Assembly (NCBI GenBank): GCA_023410715.1
Contig: JAEYPN010000030.1
Location: 48,806 to 112,805 of the forward strand
Reading direction: 5' to 3'
DNA length: 64,000 nt
Origin: Bacillota bacterium
GTDB taxonomy: Bacteria; Bacillota_I; Bacilli_A; Izemoplasmatales; UBA1188
Notes under the pieces: generated by a model
What the model saw: only the letters and a program-made list of their open reading frames with translations
Told to the model about the DNA's origin: nothing
Database searches by the model: none
Position numbers and translations under genes: made by a program
Shown here: positions 10,601 to 20,172 of the stretch, one piece after another
How positions within the stretch are numbered: the stretch's first letter is position 1
Layout: every line of letters starts with the position of its first letter

Positions 10601-13600
10601 ATCAGAAGAATCAATAACTGCAAATATTAGTAAAAGCGGTTCACTGGATAATGTTTTAAACACTGGCGAAATATATGTGAATACTTATATTTATGGAATG
10701 TGTGTTGCCTCAGGAATTACATCTATGAATGCATCATTAATTACTAACGCCTTTAATATTGCCAATATATATGTAAGAAATGAAGGGTTTGCGCCAAGTG
10801 GTGATTGGGGTGGTAGTTTATTTGAAACAGCCGCATGTGGTATTTCATATTTACTACTTAATCGTTATGCTCAAATCAAAGATTCAGCTAACGCTGGTTC
10901 GATTACGGCAATTGAGGAAGTTAATACAGCTACTAATATTTTAGCCTCAGGAATTGCTGGAAGAAATGACGTATCAGAAACTGGTGCGACAATAAGTAAT
11001 ACATCTAATAATCACTTCGCAAAAGTTATGTTTGCGATTAACTATGGTCAAATTTTAGCTTGGAATAATGCTGAAGCATCACCAACTGCGCCAGAACAAT
11101 TAACGCAAGGGTGGTTTGGACTTTGGAGTGGTGGTTCTAACTATGAAGCTAAGACTAAAGCTACAGGAATTTTAGCATCAGGGGTTATGAGTACTGTAAA
11201 TGTAATAAATTATGGTAATATTTATTCACCAACACTTGCGAGTGGAATATTTGGGTATATAAATGTTAACTTATTTACGGTTTCTGCTAACCAAACATAT
11301 GTTGCAAATACCATTAACTATGGTAATATTAGAAGGATTATTGCAAAACCTTCAACAACAACAAGTACAGGTAGCTTTACTGCCGGTAATACAACTTATT
11401 ATTTTACGCCTTCTTCAAGTAATTTAAATAATTATTTCTTAGGAGGAGCAATTGGAAATATTCGTACAAAAGAAAATATTTCTGGCTTATCTGCTTTTTT
11501 AGAAATATTTTCAACAGAATCTTTTAATATTAATTTTAGTTATCTAATAAATTTTGATCAGTTGATTGATATGGTTGGTTTCAATATTAAGAGTGCTTCA
11601 TTTAGTGCGGTTAATGCTTTAATTACAACTAATAGTAATGATACATCAGCTGAACCATTTGAATCTTTAAAACCTTATGCATTTTCAGATGCACCTGCAA
11701 CACAAACAACGAACATGGGAATTTTTTCAAGTGACTTCCCATTAAAAAATCCACCAGATACACCTGAGTTTAAAGGAATTGAAACCAATGAACTTATTCC
11801 TGAATATATTTCATTTATTCCTTATAATAAGGTTAATGGTAAAATTAGAGATATTGTTTTTGGAACTAATGTTTCAGAACAAAATCAAAATATTTATGGA
11901 ATTTATGCTTTAGCTTCAACCCAAGGTGTAGTTAACGGACAGTACATTCCTGAAAATTTTAATTGGTCAGGAATTGATCCAGAAATAGGTGGTGAAGCTG
12001 ACTCAAGCTGGCGAGGAGAAGAAGGTAATAATTTAACTATAATTTTTTCAGGTAAGATGAATCAATTATCTCAATCTGTTTCAACAGCAATCTTTGATTT
12101 AGAATTAGTATCGACAACTGATAGTACGATTAAACTTAAAAAGCCAGTTATTGACCTTAAAAATAGTACACTTACCTATTATGTATCAAAAAACTCAAAG
12201 GAATATTTAACGGGATGGACTTCAGGAGAACTAGAACAAGTTATTTTGGGTAAGCAAAAAACTAAAACTGAATATGTATTAGCTTCAGCAAATAACTATA
12301 ACTTTGGTGGTGTAAGCAATATTACTAATATTCGTATCTTACATGGAACCGATATAATAAAAGAAGACACAACATATTATAAAAATCCAGTAACTGTGGC
12401 AGAAACAAAAATAAAGAATGAAAGTAACACTTTAGGCCGGTTAATTTTGAAAAATTCAGGTACCAATAATTATGTTCCCGTTGGTGATTATTTACTAAGT
12501 GGATCATCATACGTTGATATTTATGATAAATATTATGCTGGTACTTTAGACGTAGAGTTTATTTCTCATACTCCTTATACCATAAGTGGTTTCCTTCAAA
12601 CACATTATTTTTACCAATCAAAAGGAAGTATTATTCAAAAAGGCTTAGATCAATCGATTGCTAAAAACTTTGACATTCTTCAACCAACAAGTGTTACGAC
12701 ATGGTTTAGTTCGTCAACTTATCAATTAGCGTTTACAAGTGGTACAGTTGTTAATAAAACAAATGGTCCTTATTCTGCAAAAGATAGTAATTTTTATGTT
12801 TATGCCGGAGCAAGAACTGATTATGCAAAAACATATGTGCTAGTACAATATACATATTTGGATTTATCAGATCCAGAATCTGAGGTAATCTTTGTTCCTA
12901 ATGAAAAATCTGCATATAAAACTAACTATAATGATGGCTATAAGCTTGCATATGGGGCAAATTTAGTCCAAATGGATTATAATAAAGAAACATATTCAGA
13001 TTGGAAAGACAACCTAGCTTATGTACCTCGTTATTCAGGAGAATTTAAGAGCTTAACAAATGGTGAAAATTTAGGGAAAATTACTGTTATGGCACAGGAT
13101 GGTGAAACAACTTCAACATATACGATTCAAATTGAATATGTTGAAGCCCAAAGTATAAAGGATTTAGATGCTGTTTATGTTAATAATGTCGCATTATCAC
13201 CTGATTGGGTATTAGCTGGTAATCAGACTGGTACTACTCCAAATTCTATATATGATCCGGTTACTAAAAAATGGTACATAGATCAAAAGAATGGTTATAA
13301 TGGTATATTAGGCAATGAAGATAAAGTAAATAATGAATGGGTAGAAATACCAGATCAAAAAATAACTAATCATTGGATATTTGATAGTACAACGAATAAG
13401 TATTATGTTGATCAACCTATTTATAATGGAACGCTTGGAAATGAGGATAAAGTTGATGGATCTTTTGTTTTAGCAGTTCCACAAAGTAGTACAACAGAAC
13501 ATGCAATCTATGATTTACAAACGGGTAACTATTATCTTGATCAACCAGTTTATAATAATATTTTAGGTGTAGAAGATATGGTAACGAATAGATGGACTAA

Positions 13601-16600
13601 TGCATCTAAACAAGATGGTAGTACTTTAAACTCCATTTATGATTCAAAAACAAAAACCTGGTATTTGGATCAACCTGTTTCATATAATAATATCTTAGGT
13701 GATGAGGACAAAATAAATGGTAGTTGGGTTTTAGCAGATAAACAAGACGGTACAACTTTATACTCAATTTATGATTCAACTACAACCAAATGGTATTTAG
13801 ATCAACCGGTTTCATATAATGGTATTCTTGATGAAGAAGATAAGAGCTATCAATATGTTTTAGCTGATGTAAAAAATTATATTTATAGCAGTTCAAATGG
13901 TAAATGGTATTTAGATCAACCTGTTTCATATGATGGAGTTCTTGATGAAAAAGATCGTGTATTCCAATGGGTTATAGCTGATGCTCAGGATGGTTCAACT
14001 CCACACTCAATTTATGATTCAGCAACTGAAATCTATTATCTTGATCAGCCAACTACAAATGGTAAATTAGGTGATGAAGATCAAGTAAATGGTAGTTGGG
14101 TCTTAGCTGACTATCAAGATGGAACTTCATTAAATACAATTTATGATAATAAGACTAAAAAATACTATGTTGATCAAATTGTTTCATATAATGGGGTTTT
14201 AGGTGATGAAGATAAAAAAGTTGTAGTAACAAGTTCTACATCAAGTGAAATCTATTATGAGATTCCAAGTTCAATCGGAAAAGTTAATTATAAACCAGGA
14301 ACAAATCACTTAGGATCGATTAGACTGTCATTTAAGGTATATAATTTTAGAGATAAAACAGATTTAAGTGATATAATAACCTTATATCGTTATGATTCAA
14401 GAACTGGACAAAAAGTATTAGTTCCTCTAATGAATGGAGATATTATTAATTACACATTAATTGGTGGAGTCGTAACAAATGATAATAAAAATTTTGATAA
14501 TTTAAATAAATCATGGAGTTATGGAACACTTGATTTTGAATTATCATTATCACAGGATTTACAAGGCGGACTTTATTATGTCTATGTGTCACTTGGGACA
14601 GATGAATCTACTGATTACTATATCGCGTTTACGAAGATGAAGTCACCTGAACCAATTGTCACTGAGCTTGAATATGATGGAAATTCAATAATTCCTGAAT
14701 ATGAAAATCTTGATGATGAAACAAATTCTAACCGTTTTATCACATCATATACTAGTTACATTGAATTTGGCAAACATTATTTAGAAGGTGTAACTGATAA
14801 ATCAATGTATTTTGATGATTTAAGAACAATTGTTGATGTGTATTACAATGAAATAACCGGTAATAATTTACCTGATTATTTAACAAAACTAAGAATATCG
14901 CAATATTCAACAATTGAAAGCATTACATTTTCACTTGATTCATCATCAACTGCTTCACATCATAGATATATAATCACTTATACAATCTTGGCTGAAGATG
15001 GACTTACTAGAGGAACATTTATTCATTATATTGAAGAAATGAATGTTGATGTAAAAATTAAAGAAACATTTATTAATGGTAATACTGTTGATGCTCAAAA
15101 TAAAGTCTCATTTGCAAGAGAAGAAGCCCCTTTAATACATGTTGAATATGGTTTAACAGATATTTATAATTGGCAATACTTTTCATGCACAAGTAGTAAT
15201 CAAACCTTAGAAGATTCAATGTATTATATCAATGTTGACGAGTCATTTGGTTTTGAGATTATATTTGTTGAAGAACTAGACCCAGGTGATTACACGTTTA
15301 CCTTAAAATATAGTGCTTTAAATGTGTTAATATATGAAGGAAATCCAAGTATTACTAGTGATGATATTTATGTATCATATAATATTGTCTTTGAAATTTT
15401 AGAGGTAACAAAAAAGAAAAATGAAAATAGTTATCTTGAAGCTGTTAAGTTTGTAACAGATGTTATTTTTACCGGGTTAAATACAATTATTGATAATAAT
15501 CTTATTACCCCTGCAACTTATCAAAATTATTTAGTTAATGAGCAAGCGCGAAAAATTGTTTCATTACCAAGCGGAATATATTATAATGAATACAAAGCAA
15601 ATAATAATCGCTTCTGGGTAATTGGGCAGGTTCAAAAGACTAATCTTGATAGTTATATGCCAACCTTTACATTACCAATTGGCGCATTAGTTTACCGCGT
15701 AGAAATTGGATATCTTGAATCAGCAAATCAAGATGGTACAACCGCGCATTCAATTTATGATAGTGTAACTGAAAAATATTATTTAGATCAACCATTACCT
15801 AATTTAGTTTTAGGTGATGAGGACAAAGTTAATGGCGCTTGGATAATTGCATCTTCTCAGGATGGCACAACACCTAATTCCATTTATGACTTTGATACAA
15901 ATAAATGGTATATTGATCAAGCTGTTTATGATGGAAAACTTGGTAAAGAAGATAGGATTAAAGAATATCTAAAGGGTAATGGAACTATTGACTCAGAAGA
16001 TTTAAGATTTGATTTTAATCCACTTGACGAAGATAACTTTAATTATGTGACATATCGTGTGTTTGCAGAAGCATATATAGAAGGTGATGAAACATATGGT
16101 AATATGTACACCGATTATATCGTTTCTGTACAAGATGTTTCATTTAATGTTAAATTTGATATTGTTGTTGAAAAAGATGATTCATTTAATGTTAATCTTA
16201 ATAGCGAGCAACTTGTCGTTCATATTTCATTTGTTAACTATGAATCTGGTTATGTAATTGATAAGAATGGCAACTCTGTTTATGTACCATATAAGGATGA
16301 TACCCACATTAGAACAGCAATGTCAATGTTTTCATATTTAACAAGTAAAGACAATAAACAAGTTTTTATCAATAATCAGTTTTCAACAACTCAAGCTGGT
16401 TATTATAGAATAGATATTGAATTACCAGATAATTTAACATATGAATTGAGTTTTGCTTCATCAACAATTGTTGTTGATGAGGATAATAAAGGATTTATGG
16501 TTCAAGCATCCGTGATTCCAAAAAAATACCTGCTTAAAATAATCATCAAAGCAAATGGAAATCAAAGCGTTGATTGGGGACAACATCAGGAGACAATGGA

Positions 16601-16616
16601 TAAATATCCATTATAA
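7683..16616 (+). CDS. Giant (2977 aa) secreted adhesin-like protein with a GLUG-motif beta-helix region and ten copies of the ~40-aa repeat
   Basis: AGGAGGTGA RBS and an N-terminal signal/TM segment. FTGTFDGQGFTITNL is followed by about 15 periodic G-G-(L/I)-(I/V)-G type turns (VGGLVGQGSG, IGGLIGLSD, VGGLIGTGT, VGGIIGKLT ...), which is typical of GLUG-domain adhesins. Repeat blocks lie at aa 1847-2179 and 2683-2760. No LPxTG or other obvious C-terminal anchor is visible. Confidence 0.8.
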   Translation: MTRKIKNVIKKTMVLVLSILTSFFITLQISETSNVKKVYGDGYSGDLYNPSYGSSFMNIDPSVANPSNYVSFSEFMEVTYGETQFVNGKIVITSPGIFTDEIITNEEQVVLDQYSQKKIVIGSADELYYFSYLCHMQYKNNNSNGNINIPRNYYMSLYYVLGDDIDYVDASRYMRLFIPVGDSVSKFTGTFDGQGFTITNLFLKPIESSDVYEESYGGLEYYSFFSETSSNAIIKDFGLINPTIIQTIAFNQMFYTSYVVGRNYGLVDHVYVIDDRGNSSGISAEGGFFISGLVSKNYGTFTNAYYSSRLISSTSVTEKTGSNPIIIDNFGSMSHVYFDRSILNEEFTVCSSNNACDVTNGYIIDATVSNFDPSTIVYNNTLIGLSTSQFQNETYFKSDNWFNNTSYGTSAQMRLHDTYPILKGFYYNSTYDAYEITDATDLVYMISIFSKASYYRNQKYILVNNLDMDQIGPKAYKGGETAFSGVLTSLPIKINETQYITNRGQNYNYPYYAIFNLKINVGSAFGNIYSYGLFAYLSGKIENIAIVNAEISPLDASANDFNYSIGIVAGKLLNGRISNVHVSGNITLKTKASTNAIGKISVGGLVGQGSGMIINSSASGIINGEVHEANNYMNSSSIGGLIGLSDNIIVTGSRSVINISGISFTSANAITQNITTYVGGLIGTGTTSDFNTSHNDGSITINENGFYNGNLYVGGIIGKLTQANAIISEITNRGKITVNFTNFGTKTYLMTTRISGVMSVQSALRNPEFYGVGNTGNIEIKNKNISSSEFTNTNASIDVKVAGVINANSTHIISKGLHNSGNITGDLAIISGVTGVISAENSTSTVYTDLSKSYNSGNLTLTTSNVITHHDIFVSGIAFGKYMVLDNLRNTGNISIKISHSSTLSLNASGSYKTFKVVGNFEEVSLNRNIANCYNEGKINLITENITDNSFKFNTYVSGICYKNDNRAIYSDASEESITANISKSGSLDNVLNTGEIYVNTYIYGMCVASGITSMNASLITNAFNIANIYVRNEGFAPSGDWGGSLFETAACGISYLLLNRYAQIKDSANAGSITAIEEVNTATNILASGIAGRNDVSETGATISNTSNNHFAKVMFAINYGQILAWNNAEASPTAPEQLTQGWFGLWSGGSNYEAKTKATGILASGVMSTVNVINYGNIYSPTLASGIFGYINVNLFTVSANQTYVANTINYGNIRRIIAKPSTTTSTGSFTAGNTTYYFTPSSSNLNNYFLGGAIGNIRTKENISGLSAFLEIFSTESFNINFSYLINFDQLIDMVGFNIKSASFSAVNALITTNSNDTSAEPFESLKPYAFSDAPATQTTNMGIFSSDFPLKNPPDTPEFKGIETNELIPEYISFIPYNKVNGKIRDIVFGTNVSEQNQNIYGIYALASTQGVVNGQYIPENFNWSGIDPEIGGEADSSWRGEEGNNLTIIFSGKMNQLSQSVSTAIFDLELVSTTDSTIKLKKPVIDLKNSTLTYYVSKNSKEYLTGWTSGELEQVILGKQKTKTEYVLASANNYNFGGVSNITNIRILHGTDIIKEDTTYYKNPVTVAETKIKNESNTLGRLILKNSGTNNYVPVGDYLLSGSSYVDIYDKYYAGTLDVEFISHTPYTISGFLQTHYFYQSKGSIIQKGLDQSIAKNFDILQPTSVTTWFSSSTYQLAFTSGTVVNKTNGPYSAKDSNFYVYAGARTDYAKTYVLVQYTYLDLSDPESEVIFVPNEKSAYKTNYNDGYKLAYGANLVQMDYNKETYSDWKDNLAYVPRYSGEFKSLTNGENLGKITVMAQDGETTSTYTIQIEYVEAQSIKDLDAVYVNNVALSPDWVLAGNQTGTTPNSIYDPVTKKWYIDQKNGYNGILGNEDKVNNEWVEIPDQKITNHWIFDSTTNKYYVDQPIYNGTLGNEDKVDGSFVLAVPQSSTTEHAIYDLQTGNYYLDQPVYNNILGVEDMVTNRWTNASKQDGSTLNSIYDSKTKTWYLDQPVSYNNILGDEDKINGSWVLADKQDGTTLYSIYDSTTTKWYLDQPVSYNGILDEEDKSYQYVLADVKNYIYSSSNGKWYLDQPVSYDGVLDEKDRVFQWVIADAQDGSTPHSIYDSATEIYYLDQPTTNGKLGDEDQVNGSWVLADYQDGTSLNTIYDNKTKKYYVDQIVSYNGVLGDEDKKVVVTSSTSSEIYYEIPSSIGKVNYKPGTNHLGSIRLSFKVYNFRDKTDLSDIITLYRYDSRTGQKVLVPLMNGDIINYTLIGGVVTNDNKNFDNLNKSWSYGTLDFELSLSQDLQGGLYYVYVSLGTDESTDYYIAFTKMKSPEPIVTELEYDGNSIIPEYENLDDETNSNRFITSYTSYIEFGKHYLEGVTDKSMYFDDLRTIVDVYYNEITGNNLPDYLTKLRISQYSTIESITFSLDSSSTASHHRYIITYTILAEDGLTRGTFIHYIEEMNVDVKIKETFINGNTVDAQNKVSFAREEAPLIHVEYGLTDIYNWQYFSCTSSNQTLEDSMYYINVDESFGFEIIFVEELDPGDYTFTLKYSALNVLIYEGNPSITSDDIYVSYNIVFEILEVTKKKNENSYLEAVKFVTDVIFTGLNTIIDNNLITPATYQNYLVNEQARKIVSLPSGIYYNEYKANNNRFWVIGQVQKTNLDSYMPTFTLPIGALVYRVEIGYLESANQDGTTAHSIYDSVTEKYYLDQPLPNLVLGDEDKVNGAWIIASSQDGTTPNSIYDFDTNKWYIDQAVYDGKLGKEDRIKEYLKGNGTIDSEDLRFDFNPLDEDNFNYVTYRVFAEAYIEGDETYGNMYTDYIVSVQDVSFNVKFDIVVEKDDSFNVNLNSEQLVVHISFVNYESGYVIDKNGNSVYVPYKDDTHIRTAMSMFSYLTSKDNKQVFINNQFSTTQAGYYRIDIELPDNLTYELSFASSTIVVDEDNKGFMVQASVIPKKYLLKIIIKANGNQSVDWGQHQETMDKYPL
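13221..14219 (+). repeat. Eight tandem copies of the ~40-aa WY(L/I/V)DQ...LG(D/N)EDK repeat inside the giant adhesin
   Basis: An example unit is QDGTTLYSIYDSTTTKWYLDQPVSYNGILDEEDK. The family is the same as at 5951-6658. Confidence 0.85.
15729..15962 (+). repeat. Two further copies of the ~40-aa repeat near the C-terminal part of the giant adhesin
   Basis: QDGTTAHSIYDSVTEKYYLDQPLPNLVLGDEDKVNGAWIIASS followed by QDGTTPNSIYDFDTNKWYIDQAVYDGKLGKEDRI. Confidence 0.8.
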
Positions 16617-16643
16617 AGGAATCAAGTTACAAGGAGAAAGATT

Positions 16644-17285
16644 ATGAAGGGTTTAAAAAAACTTTTTAAAAGTAAGAAAGGTATCTTTGCTATATCACTA
16701 ATGTTACTTGCAGTAGTGTTAGTGAGTGCTGGCGGATTATGGGCTTGGTTTACGCAAGAAGGTACTCAGAGTACTTTTACGTTTACTGCTGGTCAAGTTA
16801 AATATGAACTAGGCAATATTCCAACAACTGATGGAAACTTTAAACTTCCTGGTGATCCAGTTATGGTTTATGCTTTTAGTCTAACAAACAAATCAAATAT
16901 TGATACGAATGTTAGAATAGAAGCAACATATAAGATTACACCAGCTATCGGATCTACAGCTCCTGAATTAACAGGTATAATCGGAATAGGGAACGTCCTG
17001 ATTACTAGAATAACTGATGGTTGGTTTATAAAGGATGGATATTATTACCTAGGAACATCTGGTTCTGAAACTACTTTAACTGCTGTATCTGATATAGTAA
17101 ATGGCACGATTGTTGTTGAAAACTTTGTCACAACAATGGTTATTAATGGTGATGTAATTGGTAATGACTATATGGGTTCTACCCTCACGATTACATTTAA
17201 GTTTCAAGCCAAACAAGCAAATAATTTAACCTGGGAAGATTGTGCAACAAAAAATATTGATTTTACAACAGGTTTAGCAAAGTAA
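16644..17285 (+). CDS. TasA/camelysin-like fibre-subunit candidate (SipW-type signal peptide)
   Basis: 213 aa with a GGAGA RBS. The N-terminus ...LLAVVLVSAGGLWAWFTQEGTQSTFTFTAGQVKYEL is close to the TasA/CalY leader pattern. The body is Thr/Gly/Val-rich and looks beta-rich. A SipW-type peptidase gene starts 4 nt downstream. Confidence 0.65.
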   Translation: MKGLKKLFKSKKGIFAISLMLLAVVLVSAGGLWAWFTQEGTQSTFTFTAGQVKYELGNIPTTDGNFKLPGDPVMVYAFSLTNKSNIDTNVRIEATYKITPAIGSTAPELTGIIGIGNVLITRITDGWFIKDGYYYLGTSGSETTLTAVSDIVNGTIVVENFVTTMVINGDVIGNDYMGSTLTITFKFQAKQANNLTWEDCATKNIDFTTGLAK

Positions 17286-17289
17286 GAAT

Positions 17290-17787
17290 ATGATAAAAAA
17301 AATAGGTAAGATTATAACTAACGTTTTGATTATTGCAATTCTCTTTTTTTCGTTATTTACAATTATAATGGGATTAATTGGCTTTAAATGGGATGTTGTA
17401 TTATCTGGCTCTATGGAACCAGATATTCATGTTGGAAGCCTAAATTACCGGAAATATGTGTCATTTGAATCACTTAATATTGATGATGACGTTGTCTATA
17501 AATCTAAATCTAGTGGTGATTTAATCACCCATAGAATCATTGATATTGATTACGAAAAAAAGATAGTAGTTACTCAGGGTATTAATGGTAAGGATAGCGG
17601 GGCAGCAAAAGAAGAAGTTGATTATACAAGAATTGTCGGCAAGTCATATTTTTCGATTCCTTTAATTGGATACGTTGCATTTTATTTTAAAAAATATTTT
17701 GTGGCTATAATTCTATTTGTAATTGCAGCCTTATTAATATATCAAGCTATTAAATTATTTAAAACACCAACAAAAGAAGAAAACTAA
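17290..17787 (+). CDS. SipW-type (ER/archaeal-type, S26B) signal peptidase I, paralogue 1
   Basis: 165 aa with an N-terminal TM. It has the canonical VLSGSMEP catalytic Ser box, an ITHRI His box and a C-terminal TM. The usual KGDNN box reads TQGINGKD, so the Asp is absent. Confidence 0.75.
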   Translation: MIKKIGKIITNVLIIAILFFSLFTIIMGLIGFKWDVVLSGSMEPDIHVGSLNYRKYVSFESLNIDDDVVYKSKSSGDLITHRIIDIDYEKKIVVTQGINGKDSGAAKEEVDYTRIVGKSYFSIPLIGYVAFYFKKYFVAIILFVIAALLIYQAIKLFKTPTKEEN

Positions 17788-17788
17788 A

Positions 17789-20167
17789 ATGAAAGGAGTC
17801 TATGTTTTTATGAGAACAAAAAATAATAAACCACTTTTTGCATTATTTTTAGCTTTTGCATTTGGGCTCCTTTTAATTATTGGTTTCTTTTTAATTTTAG
17901 TTATGAATACTAATGATAAAAAATTAGGAGAAATGCTAAGAATTAATACTGATCAAAAATATACAATATTTTTTGATGATATTAATTTTAAAAGAGAAAA
18001 ATACATTGAAAATTATTTAACACTAAGTGATGGAATATTATCTAGAACAGAAGAACTATCAAATAAAAAATATTTAATAATTTCTGGTAAGCTAGCTTAT
18101 TTATATGATGATGGGATTGATGTTTATTATTACTTTGATAATCAAGTATTTGAAGTATTTGATGACGAAGAATTAAATAATATTTACTTGATTAATGATC
18201 AAGGGGAAATCTTATGTTCATATAAGGAAGTTAACTTTAGTTATTATTTTATCGAACTAAGAAAATATATAAGTGAATCTCGTACTAAGGAAATATTTAA
18301 CGCTATTTTAAAAACTAGACATGGTAGTGATGAAATCAGCGTAAATGGTAAAAAGGGCTTCATTATCTATAAATATGTTGATGAATTTCAAGCTAATATG
18401 ATTTTTGAATATCACAATATTAGAAGTGCAAAGTATGATGTACAAATTGTAACTTATACACTTGTATTTATTGTAATTATTTCTATCGTTTTACTTTGTA
18501 TTTACTTTATTTTGTATAAGATGATTATTAAGAAAACTAATGATCTTGATATTGCAAGACGAAATTCACAAAATCCTTATACATATATCATTAAGACTAA
18601 TAAAAGTGGCGTTTTTACTTTTCAAAACCGGAACTTTAGAACTGACTTTCATGGTAAATATAAAAAGTTATCAGACTTTGAATTAGATATTAATACAGAT
18701 ATTGATAGTATCGTTAAAAATCAAATACCATTTACAGTTAAATTAATAGATAACAGAAGTAGAGAACATTACCTACATTTTATTGTAGTTGATAATGTAA
18801 AAGAACTTGTTTTTATTGGTGAGAATTTATCGAAGATGCATAATAAAACTGGTATAGAGTCTTATCATAAAGTTGATGAATTAACTCAAGTTCCAAACAA
18901 AGAAGCATTTATTTCAGATATTGATGAACATATTATTGATAATAAAAAGGTTGAAAAAGCCGGTGTATTATTATTAAATATCAAGAAATTTAATAACATC
19001 AATAATTTATTTGGTCGTTATTTTGGCGACAAGATAATGATGGAATTTGTTAAGATGCTTGTTGAAATAATTGATGATAAAGGAAAAATATATCGTATAG
19101 AGGGCGATAATTACGCGATATTAATTAATCCTTTAGAAAATATTGATGAATGTAAGAAAATGGCCAGTTTAATAATTAAACGTTTTGAAAAACCAATAAA
19201 TTTCTTAAATAATGAAGTAGTTTTAGGTTGTAAAATTGGTGGTTATCTTATTATCAAAGAAAAGTACACCCCAGCCATTACAGCTTTAGAAATTATTGAT
19301 AAAGTATCCTTAGCGTTAAAAGAAGCTAAAAATGATAAGAACAATGATTTTATAATGTATGATAGTAACATTGAAACGATAAATCAAAAAGAGATTCAAA
19401 TGTTAGATGATATGGGCAAAGCCTTAAAAAAAGATGAGTTTGTGATGTTCTATCAAGCACAATATAATACAAAAATAAAAAAAATAGTAGGTTTTGAAGC
19501 TTTAATTAGATGGAATAACCCACTTTACAGAAACGTATCACCACAAAAATACATAAAATTAGCAGAGAAAACTGGAATGATAGTACCTCTAGGTATGCAT
19601 ATTGTTAAAGAGGTTTTAAGGTATGCTAAAAAAATAGTCAATGATATTGTCCATGTATCATTGAACGTTTCGCCAATTCAACTAATTCAGTCAGGATTTG
19701 TTAATGATTTTTTAGCGGAATATAATAAATATAGTTTTAAACCTGGCCAAATTGCTATTGAAATTACTGAATCATTTTTGATGGAAACATTACAAGAAGT
19801 GATTCAAAAATTAAGAATTATAAAAGAAAATGGTATAAAAATTTATATGGATGACTTTGGAACAGGTTATTCATCACTTCTATACCTAAAAGATTTACCA
19901 ATTGATGTAGTTAAACTTGATCAGCAATTTATTTCATTAATTGAAGTCGATGAGTCTTCAAAGCTTATTGTCAAAAAGATAATTGAAGTTGCAAAAGGAT
20001 TAAATTTGGATGTAGTAGCTGAAGGGGTTGAGTCTGAATCCCAAAGCAAGATTTTACTTGAAAATGGCTGTGATATTATCCAGGGATATTTAATCTCTCG
20101 GCCAATACCAGAGCTTGATGCTACAGCTTTGCTTAACAACATCAATAAACAAAAAGGAGTTGATTAA
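17789..20167 (+). CDS. Membrane sensor protein with degenerate GGDEF and intact EAL domains (predicted c-di-GMP phosphodiesterase)
   Basis: 792 aa with two TM segments bracketing a ~190-aa extracytoplasmic region. The GGDEF site reads R-I-E-G-D-N-Y. The EAL domain has all canonical boxes: GFEALIRW, LNVSP, IEITES, MDDFGTGYSS, VKLD, AEGVES and IQGY. The start could instead be ATG 17810. Confidence 0.85.
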   Translation: MKGVYVFMRTKNNKPLFALFLAFAFGLLLIIGFFLILVMNTNDKKLGEMLRINTDQKYTIFFDDINFKREKYIENYLTLSDGILSRTEELSNKKYLIISGKLAYLYDDGIDVYYYFDNQVFEVFDDEELNNIYLINDQGEILCSYKEVNFSYYFIELRKYISESRTKEIFNAILKTRHGSDEISVNGKKGFIIYKYVDEFQANMIFEYHNIRSAKYDVQIVTYTLVFIVIISIVLLCIYFILYKMIIKKTNDLDIARRNSQNPYTYIIKTNKSGVFTFQNRNFRTDFHGKYKKLSDFELDINTDIDSIVKNQIPFTVKLIDNRSREHYLHFIVVDNVKELVFIGENLSKMHNKTGIESYHKVDELTQVPNKEAFISDIDEHIIDNKKVEKAGVLLLNIKKFNNINNLFGRYFGDKIMMEFVKMLVEIIDDKGKIYRIEGDNYAILINPLENIDECKKMASLIIKRFEKPINFLNNEVVLGCKIGGYLIIKEKYTPAITALEIIDKVSLALKEAKNDKNNDFIMYDSNIETINQKEIQMLDDMGKALKKDEFVMFYQAQYNTKIKKIVGFEALIRWNNPLYRNVSPQKYIKLAEKTGMIVPLGMHIVKEVLRYAKKIVNDIVHVSLNVSPIQLIQSGFVNDFLAEYNKYSFKPGQIAIEITESFLMETLQEVIQKLRIIKENGIKIYMDDFGTGYSSLLYLKDLPIDVVKLDQQFISLIEVDESSKLIVKKIIEVAKGLNLDVVAEGVESESQSKILLENGCDIIQGYLISRPIPELDATALLNNINKQKGVD

Positions 20168-20172
20168 ACAAC

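Noticed and set aside
13221-14219. Regularly spaced nucleotide repeats, here and at 5951-6658 and 51380-56700, could be mistaken for CRISPR or satellite arrays.
   Set aside because: All of them are in frame inside long ORFs. Their conservation is at the protein level: units are imperfect, vary in length and have no unique spacers. No cas genes are present.
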